Assembly (NCBI GenBank): GCA_963675595.2
Contig: CAXXLZ010000002.1
Span: 2,720,001 to 2,784,000, forward strand
Reading direction: 5' to 3'
Source: Thermodesulfobacteriota bacterium
Lineage (GTDB): Bacteria; Desulfobacterota; Desulfarculia; JACQYL01
DNA: 64,000 nt
In this document: piece by piece, positions 39,693 through 49,661 of the stretch
How the letters are laid out: each line of letters opens with the position of its first letter
Numbering within the stretch: position 1 is the first letter of the stretch
Program-made: the position numbers and the translations under genes
Notes under the pieces: model-generated
Told to the model about the DNA's origin: nothing
What the model saw: only the letters and a program-made list of their open reading frames with translations
Database searches by the model: none

Positions 39693-41195
39693 CTATTTCA
39701 ATCCCATCCCCTCGAGAATTTTTTCCACGTCGCAATGCGCCTCAAAATGTTCGGCCAACTTGTCGTATTGATGAAATCTGCTGAGACGTCCTTTTCCGGG
39801 CCTTTGCTCTTTGAGTCCCTTCTTCTTTCTCAGCTCGTTGAAAATGCGAGCCCGAATCCCCGGTTTGTCGAAAAGCCCGTGCACATAACATCCGAATACC
39901 CGACCGTCGGGTGAGATGAAGCCGTCGTTCCACGTTTCCGACCCTCCGGGTTCCCGGATGGTCAATAAAGGCAAAGCGCCCTCCCCTTCGGAACGCGTGC
40001 GGCCCATATGGATTTCGTATCCGGCCACCTCTTCACCAGAGGGAAGATGGTTTCCGAGGACCCGCCGTACGATCTTGGTTCCCTCCAGAGTCGTGGTCAA
40101 AGGAAGCAAGCCCAAGCCCGGCACTCGCTTGCGGGGGGATTCCACACCCAGAGGGTCGAGGATGGTGGTTCCCAGGAGCTGATAGCCTCCGCAAAGGCCG
40201 ACGATGGGTCCGGGATAGCCCCGAATCTCCCGGCCGAAACCCTCGTTTTCCATCCACACGGCATCTTCCACCACGTTCTTGGTTCCCGGAAGCACCACCA
40301 GATCAAAGGGGGCCAGGTCACGACACCGATGAAGGTAGTGCAGGACCACGTCGGGTTCCTGCTCCAGGCATTCGAGGTCGGTAAAATTGGAGATTCCCGG
40401 AAGGCGGACCACGGCCACGTTGATCTTGTTTTCTTCGATGGGCTGAGTTCGCCTCTTGTCCATTTGAACCGCCACCGAATCTTCCGAATCCACATGGATG
40501 TCCGTGTAGTAGGGCACCAGTCCGAGAACGGGTTTTCGCGTTCGACGTTCGATGAAGTCGATGCCCGAGTCGAAAAGCCGCGGATCACCCCGAAATTTAT
40601 TAATGAGAAATCCCAGCGTCGCTGCTTTCTCTCCGGGAGACATGAGGACGGCGCTTCCCACGACTTGTGCAAAAACGCCGCCGCGGTCGATATCCGCCAC
40701 CAGCACCACGGGTGCTTCGACTTTGCGGGCCATGGCATAGTTCACCAAGTCGTTCTTCTTCAGGTTCATCTCGCAGCAACTTCCCGCCCCCTCCATGACG
40801 ATGACGTCGTGCTGGGCCGCGAGTACCTCGTAGGATTCCAGGACTTTTTGCCGGAGCTTCTTCTTGTAGGTATGATAATCGGCGGCCTCCATCTGCCCGA
40901 ACACCTTCCCCTGCAGGATGATCTGAGCACCCAACCCGGAAGAGGGTTTCAGTAGAATGGGATTCATGTGGATGGAAGGCAACACGCCGGCGGCCTCGGC
41001 CTGAACGATCTGGGCGCGGCCGATTTCGCCGCCTTCCACGGTTACGAATGAGTTGTTGGACATGTTTTGCGCCTTAAAAGGCGCCACACTGAATCCTCGG
41101 TTCTTGAGTATTCGACAGAATGCGGCGGTGACCACCGATTTGCCCACGTCGGAACCGGTTCCAAGGAACATGATGTTTCGAGTCTGTCGATTCAC
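39693..41195 (-). CDS. cobQ: cobyric acid synthase
   Basis: GTGSDVGKS, PFKAQNMSNNS, MNPILLKP, EGAGS, DIDRGG, ISNFTD, GLCGGYQ, GYEIH, YVHG. Confidence 0.95.
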   Translation of the reverse strand: MNRQTRNIMFLGTGSDVGKSVVTAAFCRILKNRGFSVAPFKAQNMSNNSFVTVEGGEIGRAQIVQAEAAGVLPSIHMNPILLKPSSGLGAQIILQGKVFGQMEAADYHTYKKKLRQKVLESYEVLAAQHDVIVMEGAGSCCEMNLKKNDLVNYAMARKVEAPVVLVADIDRGGVFAQVVGSAVLMSPGEKAATLGFLINKFRGDPRLFDSGIDFIERRTRKPVLGLVPYYTDIHVDSEDSVAVQMDKRRTQPIEENKINVAVVRLPGISNFTDLECLEQEPDVVLHYLHRCRDLAPFDLVVLPGTKNVVEDAVWMENEGFGREIRGYPGPIVGLCGGYQLLGTTILDPLGVESPRKRVPGLGLLPLTTTLEGTKIVRRVLGNHLPSGEEVAGYEIHMGRTRSEGEGALPLLTIREPGGSETWNDGFISPDGRVFGCYVHGLFDKPGIRARIFNELRKKKGLKEQRPGKGRLSRFHQYDKLAEHFEAHCDVEKILEGMGLK

Positions 41196-41202
41196 GTCAT
41201 CC

Positions 41203-42801
41203 TCACGGCTTAAGCAACTTTTCTATATCCAGTCGATCTTGAAAGCGTTTGATGCGCACTTCCGTCGTATCGATAACGGCCACTGCAGGTTTCTCCCGCT
41301 CCAAGTGTACGCGCCACGAATCATGGCCGGAAGGCGGCAGCCCCACCAGAGCCCAATCCTCTCCCGCCGCAGCCACGTGGGAGAAATCGAAAGCCCGCGT
41401 ACTGAGTACCTGCAAATCACTCTCCTCCAATCGGTTGCCGCAGGCAAGCAAAAGATCCGATCCGAGCTTGGAAAAGACGCAGGAGACTTCCGGCTGAAGA
41501 GCCTCATCCACGGAGGCAATTCCCACCCGGGCCGTACCGATGTCCACCAGGGATGTGAGGTCGTCTTCCTCGTGACGACTCGCATCCCAAGGGCAGTGGG
41601 TGTCTCGACGCTTCCGAGCCGAGCCGCCCGGGCGAACCACGAACAGAAGCCTGGTCGCGTGTTCGTTGCTCCCGATGTCGGCGCCCCACGCCAACGCCAG
41701 ATTGAACCGGTACGCCAGTCCCTCCATGTGCTCCATCCAGAAGTCGGCATCGGATTCCGCCTCTACGCAAAACAGAGGGCAAGGCAACACGGCTGTTCCC
41801 ACTTCGGACGGCAAAGAGGAGAGCCTCTTTTCCACCAGTTCGACGGCCTCCCCGGGCGTTCCGCATGTCGGCACGGGAATCGCCGCGACCGTTAAGGGAC
41901 CCGGTTGAGGAAGCTCATAGAAGGAAGTCAGGTCCCTCACCGACCTTAGGTCCAGATATATGGAGTGATAAAGGTCCGGACGGCGCATCTTCTTGAGCGG
42001 AGCCGCTCCGCGAGGCCGGATATTCCCTTTGTGCAGAGGCAGAGAGGCCATGAAGATTCGAGTCTCCGGGTCCGTTTCCTCGACCATTACCTCTCCCCAC
42101 GGCGCATAGATGCCGGAATGGGACAGTCGAGCATCGAGTTGGTCTTCGAAGCCGCCCCGATTGCAGATGGCCAAGTACACTCGGTTTTCCCTGGCCCGTG
42201 CGCGCCAGATTCGACGCGGATCCAAGCCTGTTGTGGGCCAGTTGGCCGGAACCAACACCAGATCCGCACCGCGCACGGCCGTCACTCTGGGAATCAGGCT
42301 GTGATAGGCATCCGAACAGATCAGCAAACCGATGCGCCCCCACGGAGTGGACAATATGTTTTTCTGCTTCACCGCTCCAGGACAGGCCCAACGAATTTCC
42401 GTGTTGATCTTCCGATACCGGAGAGCCGTTTTACCCTCCGGGTCCAACAAGACCGCCGAATTGTAGTAGATTCCGTTACGGGAGGTGACTTCAGGAAGCC
42501 CGACGGCGATATAAACACCTAGCCTCCGGGCCGTTTCGGCAAAAGCTCCCGTGGTGGGGCCGGGGACTTCTTCCACGAACGGTGCGACTTCTTTCCGGCT
42601 CTTAAAAGTATACCCGGTGGTAGCCAATTCCGTGTTCACGATGATATTCGCACCCGCCGAAGCCGCCTCTTCGTTCAATCGCAAAAGGGTCCGAATGTTT
42701 TCTTCGGGCTTTCGATGTTCGGGAGCAAAATGGACGAGCGCAATCTTCAGAAAATCAGCCATGGCAATCGAGGTGGAAAGCGAAACATTCGACGGCACCA
42801 A
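41203..42801 (-). CDS. carbon-nitrogen hydrolase (nitrilase family) with degenerate second domain
   Basis: E-K-C triad in TELATTGY, YRKIN, ICSD; ARAREN. Start may be the later Met (MADFLKIAL). Confidence 0.85.
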   Translation of the reverse strand: MVPSNVSLSTSIAMADFLKIALVHFAPEHRKPEENIRTLLRLNEEAASAGANIIVNTELATTGYTFKSRKEVAPFVEEVPGPTTGAFAETARRLGVYIAVGLPEVTSRNGIYYNSAVLLDPEGKTALRYRKINTEIRWACPGAVKQKNILSTPWGRIGLLICSDAYHSLIPRVTAVRGADLVLVPANWPTTGLDPRRIWRARARENRVYLAICNRGGFEDQLDARLSHSGIYAPWGEVMVEETDPETRIFMASLPLHKGNIRPRGAAPLKKMRRPDLYHSIYLDLRSVRDLTSFYELPQPGPLTVAAIPVPTCGTPGEAVELVEKRLSSLPSEVGTAVLPCPLFCVEAESDADFWMEHMEGLAYRFNLALAWGADIGSNEHATRLLFVVRPGGSARKRRDTHCPWDASRHEEDDLTSLVDIGTARVGIASVDEALQPEVSCVFSKLGSDLLLACGNRLEESDLQVLSTRAFDFSHVAAAGEDWALVGLPPSGHDSWRVHLEREKPAVAVIDTTEVRIKRFQDRLDIEKLLKP

Positions 42802-42969
42802 ACAGTGTCGCCAAAGCGCGTGAAGGTTGGGTTTTGATTACGACCGACAGCGGACGCGAGTCGCAATGGTCACACGATTTCACGAATCACCGAGCGAAAA
42901 AAACAAGGCGTCTTCCAGGCGGGAATCCTCGATCGACCCGTCGCGAATTTATCCCGGACTCGGCGGACG

Positions 42970-43773
42970 TCACGACGCACCGGAAAGTCCGAAAAACCCG
43001 GCGGCGTTCTCGTACCCGAGGCGGGTCTTCCATTCTGCCGGAGTCTCGGGGTCTCTGAGAAACCGGACCTCGTCCTCGTGGAATTTCCCATTGGAATCCG
43101 TGTTGAGCATAAGCCGGTGCAAGGCTTGGGGATGCGCCCGCAGCATCTCGTGGACATCAGAAGGACGACATTTGATGCCCGATAGGGTGACCCCGGCCCA
43201 GTAGCCTCGTTCAAGAACCGATCCCAGGGTCTCGGGGACCAAATGGTCCACCACGATGCGCTCCGGATCCAAACCGGAACGATCCAGGATACCCAGAATC
43301 TCACCGGTAATCCGAGGCTTTTCTTTTCGAGGGGTATGCACACAGATACTAAGTCGGTCCCGTGGTGCGGCCGCATCCAAATGAGTCTGAAAAACAAGAC
43401 GCTCCAATTCGTCGCCCGTTTCCAGACCGATTTCTCCAACACCCAGGAAAAAGGGATCCTCAGCGGATTTCGTGAACAATTCCTCCAGAAAACGACGCAA
43501 GTTCTCCTCGCCGAAAGGCTCCGATGGAATGCAACGAGGGTGGATTCCCTCCACGTGATAGGCATGGAGGCCCTGAGCCCTCAGGTCCCTTACCAGGGCC
43601 GCATGCGCGTCGACGTAAGAGCCCGCTTCTTCCAGGGTGGTCGCCCCCTCACAGAACGCCCAGGAAACCACCGATACACCGTGTGATTTCAGCCATTGCG
43701 CCCGTTCGGGCCGACTCTCTACAATAAAATCAAGGTGAGCGTGGGAGTCGATAATGGGAGGCTCAGCGATCAC
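42970..43773 (-). CDS. TatD-family metallohydrolase
   Basis: DSHAH, GIHP, GVGEIG, VHTP, VVDH, NTD. Confidence 0.85.
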   Translation of the reverse strand: MIAEPPIIDSHAHLDFIVESRPERAQWLKSHGVSVVSWAFCEGATTLEEAGSYVDAHAALVRDLRAQGLHAYHVEGIHPRCIPSEPFGEENLRRFLEELFTKSAEDPFFLGVGEIGLETGDELERLVFQTHLDAAAPRDRLSICVHTPRKEKPRITGEILGILDRSGLDPERIVVDHLVPETLGSVLERGYWAGVTLSGIKCRPSDVHEMLRAHPQALHRLMLNTDSNGKFHEDEVRFLRDPETPAEWKTRLGYENAAGFFGLSGAS

Positions 43774-46700
43774 TTGCGGCCCCCAAAGATTTCTCCGCCC
43801 TTAGGGCCTCAAGCGAAGCCTTTCCGTGAGCTCCGATGCTTTTAAGTGGGACTCCGCCCATGGAGGCGTCGGAATCATCGGACGAACCCGAGGCCAGGTC
43901 GATCAGTTCATCCACAGGGAAGTCGGCCAAGGTGCTCTCGCCATTGCCGATCACCACACGTTCGGGAAGGGAGGAGATGGGATAGAAGCCGAAAGCTTCT
44001 CCCTCATCGTCTATGTATCCGTTTCCGTTTCGATCCGTGCCCGCGGCCACGATGTAATTGCCCGCGGCGAGATGGGTCATGGCATAAGCGTAGTCCCCCG
44101 CCTTAAATACGAGGGCGACCTTCTGAGTGCTCAGGGTCAGAGGATCCACCGCCAGCACGTAAACCGGGCCCACATCGCCTCGACTCTCAGAGACCACGTC
44201 CTGCTTCTCCATGAGCACGGGGGCCTCCACGCTGCCGGAGGCCGGGGACTGCGCGGTGACGACGATCTTACCGCTGTAGGAACCGTCTTCAACAAGGGAT
44301 CTGTCCACCATGACCACGATTTCGGCGTCTTCGGCATCGGAAGTACCCACGCGCCCCTGGGTCTTGTCCACGGAAAGCCACGCATCCCCGTCCACGGTCA
44401 CCGTGAAATCGAACTCCCCGGAGGGATCGGTTCCTCCCACGTTGAGGACGGTGAGCACCAGCGCGGTTTTTTCCGTGCCGAAATTCAGGCTGGCGGGGTT
44501 CAAATCGGGAACGGGCACGCCCGACGAACCTGAGCCCGAGGCAAACTGCACGGCTGAAGACGCATCGATCAGGCCGTAGCCGAAGGTGGTGTCGTGCCCG
44601 GTCGAACCAAGGTCTTGGGTCAAGTATCCTTGGGCCAACCAGGTGTCGAATTGCTGAGGTGTAAATTTGTTCCCGGCGTGATCGGACATATAGGCCGCCT
44701 GCATGAGCGCGACCACGCCCGCGACGTGAGGGGTTGCCATGGAGGTACCTTGATACCGGCCGTAGGTGTAACCGATGGTCCCCTGGGAATCGTCTCCCAG
44801 GGTGGACAATACACCGTCGCTGAAACCGTCTCCGTTAAGGTCCGCGGAAGTATCGCCTCCCGGAGCGGCCACGTCCACCACCTGCCCATAATTGCTGTAA
44901 TATGCCTTCTTTTTGTCCAGATCCACCGCGGACACGGCGACGACTCCATCAACATTTGCGGGGACATATCCGCCGGCGTCGGCATTGTTGTTTCCAGCCG
45001 CGGCCACGACGACCACGCCGGCGCCACGTAGATCGTCGACCCCGCTCTGAAGCAGGTTGGAAGTCCCCGCACCGCCCAGGCTCATGTTGACCACGTCGGC
45101 CCGACGAGACGGAAGGGTTCCTGAATCGTTGGAAAGCCTCGCCGCGTAACGCATGGCCTGATAGATATCGTAGATGGTGCCTCCCTCGATACCCAGAACC
45201 CGAAGGTTCATGATCATACAGGAGTGGTCCACGCCGGCGACTCCGACTCCGTTGTCCGACGCGGCGCCCACGGTACCCGCCACATGGGTTCCATGGAACG
45301 AGGAAACACCGCTCGCGGCGTCTCCCGGGTCCGTGGGATCCGGGTCGATCCCGTCCCCGTCCCCTGCCGATCCGACGTTGCTGATGAAATCATACCCGGG
45401 CATGAACCGGGAAGAATCGAAGTCGGGGTGTTCCATCAGGATGCCCGTGTCCAGAACGGCCACCACGACTTCCCCGCTGCCGCGCGTCACGTTCCATGCC
45501 AGGGGAAGATTGACCAGGGGGTAATGCCATTGGTAGGTGTAATAGGGATCGTCGGGAAGGAATGACGGTCTGAGGATGTAGTTCGGTTCGGCCCACAGCA
45601 CATCGGATCGCGCTTTGAGCGCCTCGATTCTCTCGATGGTTTTCTCCCGGGACCGCTTCTTTCCCTCTTCCGCCAATGCGCTCACTCCCTCGGTTTCCAT
45701 GCCCGAAAACCGCACTAACGAGGGGCGTTGATCGACGTTCCCATGCGGGAGCAGGATGTCGGAAGTCGACTCCAAATTCAATGTCGTGGCGCCCTGCCGG
45801 AATCGCACAACCGCTTCGCCGGGCACGAATTCGGCTTCATCCGGAATGCTCTCGGAGCCTCCCACCGTTGCGGTCTGCCCCACGATGAGTGTGTAATTGG
45901 AGGACGCCCCGAAAAACCCCTGAATCGGTTCCACCCAGATGTAGGCCTCTCCGGTTTGGGTAGTGGTGGAAACTTGTTTGACTTTGTCGGATCCCGTGCT
46001 CGGAGAAACGATTTCGGATCCGCTCTCGTCCAACAAATGCAGATCCAACCTAAGATTGTCCGGGTCGGCGGTCACCAAAGCAACATACACCGGCCGGCCG
46101 GTGAGCTGAATTCGATAATAATCCTCATCGTAATTGAAGGGGCCGTACCGATTGGACCATCCGCCCACCGTGGCGGGCACGGAGATTTCCTGCGCCGTGG
46201 AGAGAGAATCGTTATCCCCTTGTTGATAGGGATCATTGGTATCCCAATCCGTATAAGCATCGGAGGCCATCGTCAGTTCACCCACCAAGTCCCCGTCGGC
46301 GGGCTCGACGGTGCTTCCGGGCGCCGTGAAAACGCGGTGCAGCTCCCCTTCACCCGAGGCGGAGCTTCCGGTTACCGGAAGGTCCCATGCGGCGGAGATT
46401 CCCAAAGGGTCAAGAGAATACTCCATCGACAGAATCCCGCCTTCTCCTGTGAGATCCTCTGCGTAAAACCCGTCCGAAACGGATGAATCCAAGAAAGCGA
46501 AAGTGGTATTGCACGAAGTCTCCCGCAGGACCACCAGACCCGAACCCGTATCGTAGTGTTGTACGTACAGGTTGACGTGGATGTCGTCGCCCGACTGCCC
46601 GTCTTTCCAGAGACCGCCGAATCCGGGAGCTTCGGGAACATCGAACCATTTGTAGATGGAGGAGTCCTCCACCGGGTTTCCCTGCACTGAAAGGGACGCG

Positions 46701-47011
46701 GCAGCCTCCTCCTGATCGAAGAACACCACGGTAAGATGATGACCGTTTCCGTCCACATCCTCCACATCGATGCCGTCGGAGTAGTCCTCGTCCAGAAAAA
46801 CGTAGAATTCTTCAAGGTTGGTGGTGGCTACGACAATGGCCGAGCCTTCTTCATAGGTCTGAATGAAGTAGTTTATGGATGGGGAGGCAGAGCCGGGTCG
46901 GACGTCTTTCCAAATTCCATCGAAAGCGGCCTGCACGGGCCCAATGAAAAACAGGAATAGAAAAAGAATGACGGATGAAGTAAACCAGCGAATCCGCGTT
47001 CCGTGTTCCAT
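43763..47011 (-). CDS. secreted S8 (subtilisin-like) serine protease, multidomain
   Basis: Triad VAVLDTG / HGTHVAG / GTSMATPH; signal peptide; two N-terminal GxWKD domains; C-terminal Ig-like region. Confidence 0.92.
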   Translation of the reverse strand: MEHGTRIRWFTSSVILFLFLFFIGPVQAAFDGIWKDVRPGSASPSINYFIQTYEEGSAIVVATTNLEEFYVFLDEDYSDGIDVEDVDGNGHHLTVVFFDQEEAAASLSVQGNPVEDSSIYKWFDVPEAPGFGGLWKDGQSGDDIHVNLYVQHYDTGSGLVVLRETSCNTTFAFLDSSVSDGFYAEDLTGEGGILSMEYSLDPLGISAAWDLPVTGSSASGEGELHRVFTAPGSTVEPADGDLVGELTMASDAYTDWDTNDPYQQGDNDSLSTAQEISVPATVGGWSNRYGPFNYDEDYYRIQLTGRPVYVALVTADPDNLRLDLHLLDESGSEIVSPSTGSDKVKQVSTTTQTGEAYIWVEPIQGFFGASSNYTLIVGQTATVGGSESIPDEAEFVPGEAVVRFRQGATTLNLESTSDILLPHGNVDQRPSLVRFSGMETEGVSALAEEGKKRSREKTIERIEALKARSDVLWAEPNYILRPSFLPDDPYYTYQWHYPLVNLPLAWNVTRGSGEVVVAVLDTGILMEHPDFDSSRFMPGYDFISNVGSAGDGDGIDPDPTDPGDAASGVSSFHGTHVAGTVGAASDNGVGVAGVDHSCMIMNLRVLGIEGGTIYDIYQAMRYAARLSNDSGTLPSRRADVVNMSLGGAGTSNLLQSGVDDLRGAGVVVVAAAGNNNADAGGYVPANVDGVVAVSAVDLDKKKAYYSNYGQVVDVAAPGGDTSADLNGDGFSDGVLSTLGDDSQGTIGYTYGRYQGTSMATPHVAGVVALMQAAYMSDHAGNKFTPQQFDTWLAQGYLTQDLGSTGHDTTFGYGLIDASSAVQFASGSGSSGVPVPDLNPASLNFGTEKTALVLTVLNVGGTDPSGEFDFTVTVDGDAWLSVDKTQGRVGTSDAEDAEIVVMVDRSLVEDGSYSGKIVVTAQSPASGSVEAPVLMEKQDVVSESRGDVGPVYVLAVDPLTLSTQKVALVFKAGDYAYAMTHLAAGNYIVAAGTDRNGNGYIDDEGEAFGFYPISSLPERVVIGNGESTLADFPVDELIDLASGSSDDSDASMGGVPLKSIGAHGKASLEALRAEKSLGAASDR

Positions 47012-47047
47012 GGCCTGTGTCCTCCCAACCGCCTGCAAACCCATGCC

Positions 47048-47815
47048 TTAGAAGCTGACGGTAATACCCGCGAACGGGCCCGCCAAGTCGTAGTCCTGAT
47101 CGAGTCCGTCGGATTCCAGATCAACACTCAAGAAGCGATATCCGAGCCCCAAATCCATAAAGGCAAAAGGAGTTAGAGAGACTTCCGCTATGGCGTCCAC
47201 CAAGTGTTCATCCGAAGCCCAGTATCCCCCTCCTTTCAGGCGAACCTCAAGAACATCCGCTAGAAATCCGAGGTGAAGCTGCAATCCTCCGAGGGGACGA
47301 ATCCAGGAGAAGTCGATGTCTCCTTTTTGGCTCCCGCTCTCTATGCTCATGTTTCCCGTTTGGTATCTTCCGGCCAGAAAGACGTCCAGAGAAAATCCCG
47401 CGAGTATGTTTTCGAGGTCGAGTAGGGTAAAGGAGTATTCCATCTCCAACATGGTCCACTGGAGATTGGAATCCAATTGAGCATCCGAGGCAAAAGACTC
47501 CCCCGCGAACTGCAGGGATTTACCGGGCCTGTGCGTTTCCGATTGATCGAAGTAAGTGATGCCGAAGGAAAAATGATGCCGACCGATTCCAACGAAGGCC
47601 TCACCGAAAGGGACCCAGGAATATCCGAAATCCAGGTCGTCCTGAAGGTTGAGCACGGAACCCGTATCGCCGTTATTGCCTTGAATTTGCCCGTCGACAT
47701 TGGCGAGCCACAAATGGCCTCTGACTCCCACGTCGAAAGCGTGACTTGTGGATGTCAAAACGAAGAGACACATCCCGATAGTACAAACCCAACGCAACAT
47801 TTCCACTCTTCTCAT
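47048..47815 (-). CDS. outer membrane beta-barrel protein
   Basis: Signal peptide, amphipathic strands, LGYR, C-terminal GPFAGITVSF. Confidence 0.8.
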   Translation of the reverse strand: MRRVEMLRWVCTIGMCLFVLTSTSHAFDVGVRGHLWLANVDGQIQGNNGDTGSVLNLQDDLDFGYSWVPFGEAFVGIGRHHFSFGITYFDQSETHRPGKSLQFAGESFASDAQLDSNLQWTMLEMEYSFTLLDLENILAGFSLDVFLAGRYQTGNMSIESGSQKGDIDFSWIRPLGGLQLHLGFLADVLEVRLKGGGYWASDEHLVDAIAEVSLTPFAFMDLGLGYRFLSVDLESDGLDQDYDLAGPFAGITVSF

Positions 47816-48098
47816 AGAACCCCCTTATCGACGGTTGGTGCCGAGTTCCTCCTCCTATTGCTTCTATACCACATCCTGCGAACGTTTTCATAGGGGGATC
47901 CCGGACGACGGACAGTCGGAAGGGCTGTTGCCTGATGACAATTATCCCCAATCTATGTTACCGGAGAAAGAGGATAATAATTAAGAATGATTAAAGCGGT
48001 CATCGTTCCGGAAAGGCGATCTCCGGCTCCGGAGCCTAACGACCTTCAACTCAATAAATCTTTATCCGGCCGCAGCATTCTTCAGTTGCGAAACGTAT

Positions 48099-49661
48099 GT
48101 GCAAACCCAAGGAGCCCCCGCACAGCCAATGCGTCATCCAATCCTTGGAACGGCCTTCGTTTGCCTTTGCCTCTCCCTGATTTTTTCCTGGCTACTCGGG
48201 TACCTGCTCGTTGTAGAAAGCGACCGATCGCTTCTGTTCAAGAAAGAGCTCCTATCGGAAAGCCGTTATCCTTTTGTCCCCGGACCCGAGATGGAAATGG
48301 AATTCAGATCCGGAAAGGCCGCTCTCGCCGCCGCTCTGCCGTATGCGGCGACTTTGGGGGTGGGCCTGCCGGCCCTGTTGCTCCCTTTGACCCTGCTGAT
48401 TCGGCGTCGCAACTTCGGAGGCAAATATGTCCCCGCTCTTTCGGTGTCCGCCCTCATGCTGCTCGGCTTCAATCTTGAGGGCTTCCGACCATGGGAGAGC
48501 TTATACGCCTTGGGCACGGGAGGCTGGCTCGCGCTTTGGATTTCCGGAAGATGCAATCCGCAAAGCGACTTCGGGCCGGACCGCACGGCGATTTTCGGAA
48601 TTACCGGAGCGGCCCTTCTCATCGTCTTCGTATGCTGCGGCACCGGAATCCGTGACTTCAAAGCGCTGAGGGATGCCGTGTTGTTGAGCAACGCACCGGG
48701 TACCACCCTGTGCGACCTGTATTATCATTACACCTTGGCGGCGGCCGAACCGTTGAAACCTCCTTGGGAGAAGACTCAGCCCATCGCTCTCTTGCAGACC
48801 AAGGGATTCACCGGCCCAATGATGGATATTGTTCTACGACAGGCGGAGGCGGAAGGCGTGATTCCGCTGAAGACGTCCGAGTCGGAGGTCCCGCCCGGAG
48901 TCGACTGGGTCGTTTCCACGCAAGGCGGAGAGCTCATGATCCGACGCGCACACGGCTGGAGCGGCCGTCACTTCCTTTTCCCCGCTCCGAGCATCAAGGA
49001 TCGTCGCCTGTTCAGCGATGAAAAGTCGCTCACCTCCTGGTTGGGCTTGAGGTCATGGCTCAAATTGAGCGTGACCGTAGGACTGCCGACGGCGATTCTC
49101 TGGTTGCTTTCCTTCATGCTCCGTAGATTCGTGGGTCGGACTACCCGATGGGCGGGGGCGAAGAGCCCCACCCCGGGAGATTTCCTGCTCATCATTTCAG
49201 GCCTCGGAGCCGCGGTCCTGTTCTATTTGAACCCGTTTCCGACCGACCCGGCGGAGCTGCTGCGCCGCGCGGAAAGTCAAGAAGGCTGGGCCCGAGTGCG
49301 CGCCTTGCGCGCCCTCGCCGAGCAAAATTCAGAGCCCCTCTCCGGAGACTTTCTCATCAGGTTTCTCACGAGTCACGACCCGCGACTTCGATATTGGGCT
49401 GCGATCGCCGTCATCGGAGGCGGGGGACCCGACCTGCGAAAGGCCTTGATTGAAAACCTCGACTCTCCCCAAGTTCATGTGGCCGCAGCCTCCGCATCCG
49501 CGCTTGCACGTTTCAAAGAACCTCCCTTCGTCGCCCTCGCATCGGCCTTTCATTCCCAGGCTCGTTGGTACCTCCGTGAAACGATTTATCGGATATTCCG
49601 GAAACACGACGGGAAACCTCCGCTTCTCTTCCTTTCTCCGTCTCAGGACGATTCCACATGA
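48099..49661 (+). CDS. membrane protein with C-terminal HEAT repeats
   Basis: Multiple TM segments, YYHYTLAAAEP; C-terminal RVRALRAL / LRYWAA / ASALA repeats. Confidence 0.65.
   Translation: MQTQGAPAQPMRHPILGTAFVCLCLSLIFSWLLGYLLVVESDRSLLFKKELLSESRYPFVPGPEMEMEFRSGKAALAAALPYAATLGVGLPALLLPLTLLIRRRNFGGKYVPALSVSALMLLGFNLEGFRPWESLYALGTGGWLALWISGRCNPQSDFGPDRTAIFGITGAALLIVFVCCGTGIRDFKALRDAVLLSNAPGTTLCDLYYHYTLAAAEPLKPPWEKTQPIALLQTKGFTGPMMDIVLRQAEAEGVIPLKTSESEVPPGVDWVVSTQGGELMIRRAHGWSGRHFLFPAPSIKDRRLFSDEKSLTSWLGLRSWLKLSVTVGLPTAILWLLSFMLRRFVGRTTRWAGAKSPTPGDFLLIISGLGAAVLFYLNPFPTDPAELLRRAESQEGWARVRALRALAEQNSEPLSGDFLIRFLTSHDPRLRYWAAIAVIGGGGPDLRKALIENLDSPQVHVAAASASALARFKEPPFVALASAFHSQARWYLRETIYRIFRKHDGKPPLLFLSPSQDDST

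Noticed and set aside
47972-47995. Fur-box-like AT-rich stretch GATAATAATTAAGAATGAT
   Set aside because: Only the left half resembles the consensus and it is not palindromic.
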